DNA of 64,000 nucleotides from NCBI RefSeq assembly GCF_000150275.1, contig NW_002060945.1:3247172-3311171 (forward strand). Direction: 5' to 3'. The notes under the pieces were generated by a model that searched no databases, was not told the origin of the DNA, and saw nothing but the letters and a program-made list of their open reading frames with translations. Below are positions 55,401 to 64,000 of this stretch, piece after piece. The stretch's first letter is position 1, and the number at the start of each line of letters is the position of its first letter. Made by a program: the position numbers and the translations under genes. Source of the DNA: Trichoplax adhaerens (Eukaryota; Animalia; Placozoa).

Positions 55401-58207
55401 TGTCACTAACTGGGCTGCAACTGAATTCTGCACAAGTTGAAATACCTGTGTACTCGTGCCAATCATGCAAAGACCGAAACTGCGCGGGAATGATGTAATT
55501 TTTGTATGAGCATTGCTACATAAGTATCGCTGCTGCGTATGGTACCACAATTCGTATCTCACTCATATCATTGTGCTTCACTTTACTGTGACGACATCAG
55601 CACTGGTGATGCATCAACAGCAGCAGCAGTTGTTGCGTATGACCGATTGAGCGGTCATCCGCGCCTATACGTACAAATGAGTGAAGTGCCAAGTGGATAA
55701 AACATTCACTTTTGTGATTAGCTATCGCTCAAGTTTAAATCACTTTATGGCGAGTATTTCATGCAAATTTAGATCAAATCTTGCAGTCATTCTATCAGAA
55801 ATAATCTACAATTCAGTATGTATCATGGATGAAGATTTTGACGAGTCCATGACTGAATAGACAGTAGATAAAAGTCGTGTAAAGTGTAGAAGTAAAAGCT
55901 TTTTGCCATTATGGCATGACAGGATGTAGAAGCGTATAGTACAGTTATCTAAATGTGCTGACAAAGTGCAGCAGTCTAAAGCCATTCTTTCTTGTACATC
56001 GTCATACTGTAGTTCACTAGCCTTTAATGGAGTGAAAATGCAACCTGAACCCGATTAAATGATTGATTTTCAAAGCTGAAATGAGTGCAATCGCTTTACA
56101 CAAACACTGTATCACTACAGAAATTCTGAACCCGAATCCCACTCTAGAGCAGGCTTCATTTGGTGTTTCGGGTTGATTGTGAAGGATACTGGTACAGTAC
56201 TACAGTAATATTATCTTACGTCGACAATACTTTCATAGATAACATGTTATTCTAGGCTTGTGTTATTTGGATAAAGTAGGATGCCTCAATTAATGAACGT
56301 TTTATACACAAAATTAGAGAAGAACTGTCGCTGAGAGCATGGAAGCAAAGCGCTCTTTTTTTAGGATGTTCTTGGCTTGCAGTCATGGACTAGACAATTG
56401 TTGCTACTGTACTTCATCAGGTACTTCCTACTTGCGTTTGGTATAACCAATTATTTATTTCTCACTATTGGTACAGTATTATCAGTTTACAGAGTTATCT
56501 CGCAGTAAAATTGAATATTGCATTTCCGAGCATTCGTAGTAAATTGGGATAAATTGATCGCAAGTTGAGTGGCGAGTGATGAACGATTCATTTATCGTAA
56601 CCTTCATGGACGTCTAGCGGATGTATAACCAATTATGTATTTTTCACTATTGGTATAGTATTATTATGTTACAGAGTTATCTCGCAGCAAACTTGAATGC
56701 TACATTTGCGAGCATTCGTAGTAAATTGGGATAAATTGATCGTAAGTTGAGTGGCGACTGATGAGCGATTCATTTATCGTAACCTTCATGGACGTCTAGC
56801 GGATGTATAACCAATTATGTATTTTTCACTATTGGTATAGTATTATCATGTTACAGAGTTATCTCGCAGCGAACTTGAATGCTACATTTACGAGCATTCG
56901 TAGTAAATTGGGATAAATTGATCGTAAGTTGGGTGGCGAGTGATGAGCGATTCATTTATCGTAACCTTCATGGACGTCTAGCGGATGTATAACCAATTAT
57001 GTATTTTTCACTATTGGTATAGTATTATCATGTTACAGAGTTATCTCGCAGCAAACTTGAATGCTACATTTGCGAGCATTCGTAGTAAATTGGGATAAAT
57101 TGATCGTAAGTTGAGTGGCGACTGATGAGCGATTCATTTATCGTAACCTTCATGGACGTCTAGCGGATGGCTATTCTGCATGCAAATTTCATTATGTACA
57201 ATAAGTACGTAAGCTGCGCACTGGGACAGTTTTTTGATTTTTCCTTGGTCATTGATAAATGCGAAATGCTAAGAATATTCTGAATCGTGCAATCGCTTAT
57301 AATATTATGTCAACATGGAAATAATCTCATTTGCACCAGTCCAGAATCACGGAATCACCACCAGTCGTAGAGTATTCGCAATTTTACCGAATATAGTAGG
57401 CTATAATAGCTTATCGTTTAAACCGCCGATCTTGGTGGGTCTCTTCGCCTGTAAACTACCGTACCTTAACAATTCACCATGCTAGGCCCATACACTGTAC
57501 TGTATCACTGTATGTACATTGCACGGTGTTAGCTTTGTAATTATTGCAGCTACCTTGGGTAGAAAGTTAGCTGTATACACAAAGATAGGGACTGGCAAGT
57601 TTCATTTTCGTGACCATCCATAACGGTTTATCACCATAGATAGATATAGTCTATCATGGTTAACAGTCCGATAAAGTATCCTACTATACTGTACTTGTAC
57701 ACTACTGTACGTATATGCGCATCAAATTGATAACATTCTCTCCACATCACGAACCCTGTGGTCTGATAAATAATTACAATACTAACGGTAATTTGTGATA
57801 TTCGACTTCATAATTGGCTAAAGGAAGGGTTAGACTGCAATGAGCTACTTTTAGAAGTATTAGCATTTGTCATACTAGACTTACTCAGATGTCAGTTCCT
57901 CCACTTGCTTGGTGTACTTCATAACGGTTATCGTTATTTTCGATTTTTCATTTGCCATTTCGTCAATTGTTTTGCGAGCTTCTTGAAGCTCTTGTTCGTA
58001 TAACGCTTTAAGACTTTTAATATTTTCATCACCGCTTCTGCGAGATGATCGTATTTCTTCGTTCAACCTAGCATTGCGGCTCTCTAAGAATCGAGATTTT
58101 TCAATATAAGAGGCCAAGCGATCTGTTAAATTTTTTAATTCTTCTTTTTCTTGTACTCTCTTGATCTTGAGAGGTGACATAGGTGAAGCCATTGATGGAG
58201 ACGACAT
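52423..58207 (-). CDS. Nuclear lamin (B-type architecture: coiled-coil rod, NLS, Ig-fold tail, CaaX)
   Basis: Head SPMSPLKIKRVQEKEELKNLTDRLASYIEK; rod end [39 protein letters not shown]; Ig-fold (HATGDVQISDVDKHGLYVRL, SYKF, HKPPANYLWKQQNNFGLG, TRLVNAGGEEIA). The last exon (52423-52470) reads LRQVKDTGTNRCCIQ-stop. Intron 1 is about 3.1 kb. Confidence 0.96.
56441..57169. repeat. Near-perfect tandem repeat, 4 x 182 bp, in lamin intron 1
   Basis: gtataaccaattat starts at 56441, 56623, 56805 and 56987. Copies 2-4 differ by only a few substitutions; copy 1 is more diverged. Confidence 0.97.
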
Positions 58208-59544
58208 ATCGATAATACAGGACGTTTGGTGTGATGTTGTAAATCAGTACCAAAAGTAATCTAAACGAAAAAGATATGAAAAGTCATTCTGTCAATGAAA
58301 TAGCTACAGTATCAAACTTCAGTTCTATGATCAATGTTTGTCATTGTCATTTCAAAATGACAAATTATAGCTACTGTATTGACTTATGTGAGCTTTCAAC
58401 TATTTTATGCAAGATAGTCAGCTGTATAAGATTTGAGATTATAATTATCATTCATTGCTATAGACAGTTTAAGATCATTAGGCAAAAAAAATCTATCTAA
58501 TACAGTACTAATGGTCAGATTTTAGTACATTACAGGATAAGAAACAATTAAGACAGATTGATGATTTTACAGTATGCATGTATGGACTATAATCTAAATA
58601 CCTCTTGTAGCTGTTGAATTTTGCTTGTCGTATAAAATAATCTTGACGTTGATCGGCTTTACAAGTAGTATGTTCACTGTAGGATATGAATGACGCAAAA
58701 TATTAATTCTCAATTTTCGAACCATAAATTGGTGTTGAGCACGGATACTACAGGATGTGCAATCTATTCTACAATATTATCGAATGATATGAATCACTTA
58801 CAAGATTTAGCAGGAGATGAATGACAGATGGAAGATGCACAGAATCGTATGAGTTGGATATTACAATGACTGTACTGCAATAATAATAATAATTGAAATA
58901 GAGTATATTTATTAGTACGAGATAATGCTGGCTTCGTTCAAATTGATTATCTGAGTACAACAGTGCACTGTTAGCTTGAATAATCTTTTATTATGCTGTA
59001 CTTGTATTTAAATATATCACGATGTTGATCGTTGCAGTGGTCAATTACTGAAGTGACTATGATCCAGTTATCGATGCAATTGATCAATTTCTTTCTTCGA
59101 GTGATGCTAAATTTAGCCTTGTCTACAGTATTTTTGACTTGTATCTCAGCAGTACACTACCGTTATTTCATGAATTACTGTATCTATCAAATTGTCTACA
59201 AGAAATAATCCAAAGCTATCAAGTACGCAATCACCCTCAATAAAGGCAATCAACCAACGATCATACTACTGTACAGTATAGATTTCCCCTACCTAATTAG
59301 AACACAATAAAACTTCTTATAGTAGTAGTATTTGTTATTCCACTTTTAAGTACAGCATTCGGTCTGATTTAGTTTTTTACTGAAAGCAGCGCGTATGAAC
59401 CAAGGGACGCTAACTTGCTGTATTGTAAAAGCTCGCGCAGGCGTATTGAGCCAAGTCGAAATGAGTAGAATGGTTCCATTTTAACGATAATAATTATAAT
59501 AATTATTAATAGATAATACTTTAATTGAATTGAATTATTCATGA

Positions 59545-59636
59545 GACTGCCCTCGACTAGAGGACGGACAGATGGCGGGCACTTAGATTGGTCCAAAGTG
59601 GAACCTGCAATGCCCTCAACTTGCTACTTTCCGCAG
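59545..59636 (+). other. Probable non-coding first exon of the + strand gene divergent from lamin
   Basis: A locally GC-rich stretch (includes GGCGGG and ATTGG) ends at a strong donor, CAG/GTAAGA, at 59636/59637. The 5' boundary is approximate. Confidence 0.45.
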
Positions 59637-60560
59637 GTAAGAGAAAGCTTTTTATTTGGTCATTTTAACTTGTGCAAGGGTAATATTATATTATTATGAG
59701 TGCGTTTACTATACGTTGTTGTTACTACGATAGTCTTAGCTTTCATACAACGATGAGAGCTAAATTGTTCAGAGAAATAGACTTGATCCTAGTTCCATAG
59801 TCGATGCTGTAGCTTGTAGGATTAATTTTCATTCATAGACTCGTGCGCTATAGCCATACTGAATTGGAGATCAATTTTGTACTGCATACATGATATAAGT
59901 GCTATAGATGCGCTAGATTTTCACTACTGGACACTGTATGTGCACACTGCACGGTACATGGAGACGAAGCACGGATAATTAGATTCACCCAAATGGTATA
60001 GTGGTAGTGGTTAGTCAATCACTATTTTGACTATCTTCCGAGCTGAAGCGTTCGTGGCTAACAGGAGAATAATTGACTATACTATCCTGAGTTACCTTGT
60101 CTTAATTAATATTTATACAGTATTTACGGTATAGATGTTGAATGTAGGATTCATTAGAAACGAGATATTTAGCTCTATAATCTTGTATAGTTACGATTAT
60201 ATGTTACCTGAATGATCATAAAGTATCTTAGATAGAGTAAGTCTGCGTTGTGCTGTATGCTTAATTTATTATAAACCAGAAACAATAAATTAATTCTATA
60301 ATTCCTTACATTTATGATCATATGGTATTTAGGTTATTATTGAACTATAATGTACGTTTATCTTGCTATTAGATACATTAAGTTGTGTGCTATAGATACA
60401 ATGCTTTTTAATGTAATGAACGAAATCGGGAATCAGTCGTATACTACTGCAATGCCTACAGATCGGTTGATACATAATGCAGAATGAAATCAATGATAAC
60501 ATTACTAAATTACAAACTTGCGGCTTACATTACAAATATTTCAAGGATCCTTTGTAAGAA

Positions 60561-62193
60561 ATGATCTCTCAAGATACCAGCAGGTCTGAAGATAGCACTA
60601 TCCGCAGCAGGAAGAAATTAAATAATGTACAAAATTTTAAGGATCAGCGCGATGGAAAGCAAGACGTAGTTTATGGTGAGAAAATGCAACTTCAATGCGG
60701 TATATTTTAAGCTGTAACTAGCTTTACTAGTAATTGTGTGTAGTAATACCTAGCAACAATACCACCTAACACTACAGTAGCGTAGAGCCAAATGTAGCTG
60801 CATGAGAAATGTTTACAATAAGTGTAAGCGGTTGGTTTTTTGCATCAAAGCAAGAGGTAATATATAGTAGCTTTATACGTTCATATCTATCACCGGCAGG
60901 CATTTATAGCGATAGTTACTATCAATGTACTGCAGAGGTTGTTAATCGATTATAATTGTGCAGACTTAGGCAAGTTTCAGTAACTGATAATAATTAATTA
61001 ATTTGCGCTGTATTTAGTCACGATATTTTGCAGGCAAACGTATCGTAAATCGAATTAATAAGCAATGCTTAAAATTAATTATTGCAATGCACTGCTTTCA
61101 GATAATAAACTCGCTCTATACTTTGAATGTTATTTAGCTTATTTCGTCTTGTATAATGACATATACGCGTAGAGTAGGTATCAACTGATGAGAAATCCCA
61201 TTTGCTCGGGATGATGTACAGCTAATATATCTATAATATTATGCTGTACTATACAAATGAGTTTCTTATACATACCACTTTATTTCTTAGTACGTGAATT
61301 TATAAAATACTGTACAATTTTCTGACAGCCTTAGCCGTAGAAACGTACTGTACTGTAGATGTATTCTATAAATATTATTGTGCAATGTACAGATTTGGTG
61401 ATAGTGTGAAGAGTATTTTGAAGTGTTTGCAAATGAAACTATTTTTGGAAATATCTTGCCTAAATTATTAGAAGATTTATTCTAAATATGTCTATACCTC
61501 AATTACTACATCTTTGACTCACATGCTTCCTATTTTAGTAGCTGTCTAATGAGTAGTACTGTAATGAACCTGCATTCAATGCTAATTTTAGCTGTTGAGG
61601 ATTATTGACTTGATCTTTTGAGAATATCTTTGGAAATAGAACTAGTTTTCGGCATATATACATAATAACTTTAATTTTAGGATTCTTATTGTAAAAAATT
61701 TCGACATGTAACTACTATTCTTCTACTCATCCTATAGTTCCTTTTAGTAACTATCTAATTCTGCATTTGTTGCTAATTTTAGCTGTAGAGGACTATCGAC
61801 TTGATCTTCTGAGGATAGTTTTGATGGTCCTAATATTTTTTATACTTCATTGGTTATTTGGACGCTTTATTTGGAACTCAGATCAATCTGATATTGATAA
61901 AAGTGCTATATTAGAAAAGGCCAAGGAAAAAGTTTGTCCTAAAGGTGCAGTATGAACATAAATACTGTACTCCAGTTTATGTAGCACTAAAAGTAATAAA
62001 ATCAATAGTTTCACGTCACATTTCGATTTTACGCAATTTGTACCGATAAATATGATGTAATGGATTATATTGTAATTTTCTATGCTATTCATGTAATCTG
62101 ATACTCAGTCTTATTCCTATGCTTTTTCATTTTGTTGCAGGTTATGATTGCTCATACAATCTGAAAAGCAATGATGAACTAAATTATAATTAG
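60561..62193 (+). CDS. Unrecognised small single-pass membrane protein, 109 aa, three coding exons
   Basis: Exons 60561-60675 (G/GTGAG), 61783-61944 (TTTTAG/..AAAG/GTGCAG) and 62141-62193 (TTGCAG/) all join in phase 1 to give a 330-nt stop-terminated frame: MISQDTSRSEDSTIRSRKKLNNVQNFKDQRDGKQDVVYAVEDYRLDLLRIVLMVLIFFILHWLFGRFIWNSDQSDIDKSAILEKAKEKVCPKGYDCSYNLKSNDELNYN. Confidence 0.68.
61528..61630 (+). pseudogene. Duplicated acceptor and exon start of the small membrane-protein gene, with an in-frame TGA
   Basis: tgctaattttag/ctgttgaggattatTGActtgatcttttgagaata (exon would start at 61592) parallels tgctaattttag/ctgtagaggactatCGActtgatcttctgaggata (exon starts at 61783). Confidence 0.7.
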
Positions 62194-64000
62194 TATTATT
62201 AATTGTAAATCAGAATGTATATATGTCTGTATTGGAGATTATATTTACGCGTATTAGGATTACGAAAACACTATAAAAACTAAACCTACCTTAAAAAATT
62301 ACATAGCATATTTATCTTTTAATATCTACAGTCTGTATTTGCATAATATTGTTTTCATATTGGTAACAGTTGAGTGACCAAACATACATCGCTAGTTCGT
62401 AGTAACTATAAAAATTAATGAACTGGTACCTGTCATCATTCATGACTTTCCACAAAGGTACCCTAACATTCTACGTTTCGTTTACTACGTAAACGTATTG
62501 TACTGATGTCTCCAGTCCCTAATCTATACGAGCGTTATATTTGATTGGGATAGACTGGCTTGTAATGTTAATATAATCGTCTATAGTTTTAATTGGAAAC
62601 AGTAAGAATTAGCAGAATAATTTAGAAGTTGTGAACTTTGAGCTTGATTTTATCAAAATATCCAAAGAAAATTTAACACAACACCTAGTAATATACAGTA
62701 CGACTTCGCCGTATGGTCAATAAGTTAATATAACCTTGGAATATGTAATGCAATATCTAAGCCTGTCAGGATACTACGGTTGTATAGAATATAAAATCAA
62801 AGATAGCAACAAATACGGTAAATTTAGTTATAAAGGAATATATTACTGTTTATCAACCAAAGTAAGGACGAAACAATTTCTGTCAAATAGTAGGAATAAA
62901 TTTATTTTTCATTGTTAATAATGTTCATTTTGTGCCGCAAACAAAGGCTTTAGAAATGTTTGTAACTTCTGAAGGGTTACTAAAATTGTTGAAATGCTCT
63001 CTAAGTTATCCATGCACCTCATTGAATAGCGTAAACAGTAAATTTTAGAATAACTTGCACGAGAGAAATAGATACGTAGCATCTTGGAATAATTAGCGCT
63101 TTAACGTAACAGCTTTGACTAATACAACGGTGAATCATTTTAAATTATCTACTAGTATTTTCCTCATTTCATTGCCAATAAGTATTCAAAAAATTGTTAG
63201 GAACGAGCAGTTTTCTTCATTACGCTTCCTCTAATTCTACTAAAACTCCGCCACAGTCTTTAGGATGTAAAAACATGACCGGCTTATTATGAGCTCCAAT
63301 CTGAGGAAGTAATAGCAGATTTAGTAATTAATCGCTGTAAATGTTTACTTAATTTCATATGTAGTAAGGAGACACTCGAGGTAGAGTTTTGTAAATAGCA
63401 CTACTGCAACAGGAAAAGTGGTACATATCAAACTAGGTTGAATTTTGAGAATCTTACTCGAGGTTCTTTTGAGAGGGTTCTAATTTTATTGGAAACTAGA
63501 TCTTTCATTGCAGCTTTAATATCATCAACCTAATGTTAGAAAATCCGAAAACAGAATGAGGAGCAAATACAACATAATTTTTATAAAGACGCGCGCTGCA
63601 GTATTTCATAGACGTGGATAAAAGGCATAGTAGATCTATTAGTTTAACTATGTGGTATCTACCTCTATACAAATATGATGCATGCCACCTTCTGGTTTTT
63701 TAGCTAGGAAACCTTCGATGGGACTTTGCTCTCCCAGAGGATGCAATAGCTATGGAATAAATAATAACAATTTAAATAGATGTTATGAAATACGGTAGTA
63801 CTTGGATATTCATACGCACTCTTGGGATATTATTAAGGATACAAAATCTATATCCTTGTTATCATGAAATACCAGAGTATAAAAGCTCAAACAGGAAATG
63901 TAATATGAGTGTATTATGATTAACGAATGACTAACTTCAATTTTGGTATTGCCAAGATCTATAAATACTGTCGTGACTCCATGTTCAGGGAGAGGCTGAT

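Noticed and set aside
56750-56805. Hammerhead ribozyme / retrozyme in the 182-bp repeat (CTGATGA-GCGAT..ATCGT, later GTC)
   Set aside because: Stem II is followed by AACC rather than GAAA, no stem I or III pairing flanks the GTC, and only copies 2 and 4 have CTGATGA.
61185-61225. CTGATGA as a snoRNA C box or hammerhead core
   Set aside because: There is no properly placed D box with terminal stem and no stem II-GAAA arrangement.

Overview
AT-rich, intron-containing eukaryotic DNA with a metazoan gene set. The compact introns and low GC suggest an early-branching animal such as a placozoan, but that is inference only. I spliced nine protein-coding genes by hand from the sequence: p120 RasGAP (RASA1-like, minus, running off the left edge), an SHB-family SH2 adaptor (+), dolichol kinase (-), PTAR1 (+), NUDT12 (-), KRTCAP2 (+), an Amt ammonium transporter (-), a CaaX-bearing nuclear lamin (-), and an unrecognised 109-aa single-pass membrane protein (+) that the ORF track shows only in part. 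Eight of the nine genes form head-to-head pairs. About 18 kb between Amt and lamin has no recognisable gene but holds several degenerate tandem-repeat arrays. The main points of interest are: (1) the orphan gene opposite lamin, with a duplicated stop-containing copy of one exon start; (2) RasGAP paired with an adaptor carrying the YxxP motifs RasGAP SH2 domains prefer; (3) a natural Arg-to-Lys change in the FLVR motif of the RasGAP C-terminal SH2; (4) a modular palindrome-bearing repeat array between NUDT12 and KRTCAP2; (5) a U12-type intron in KRTCAP2; (6) TACWGTA clustering near gene starts; (7) apparent ancient linkage of the genes. I found no CRISPR array, rRNA, tRNA or intact transposon. 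All homology calls come from motif recognition; no database searches were run.
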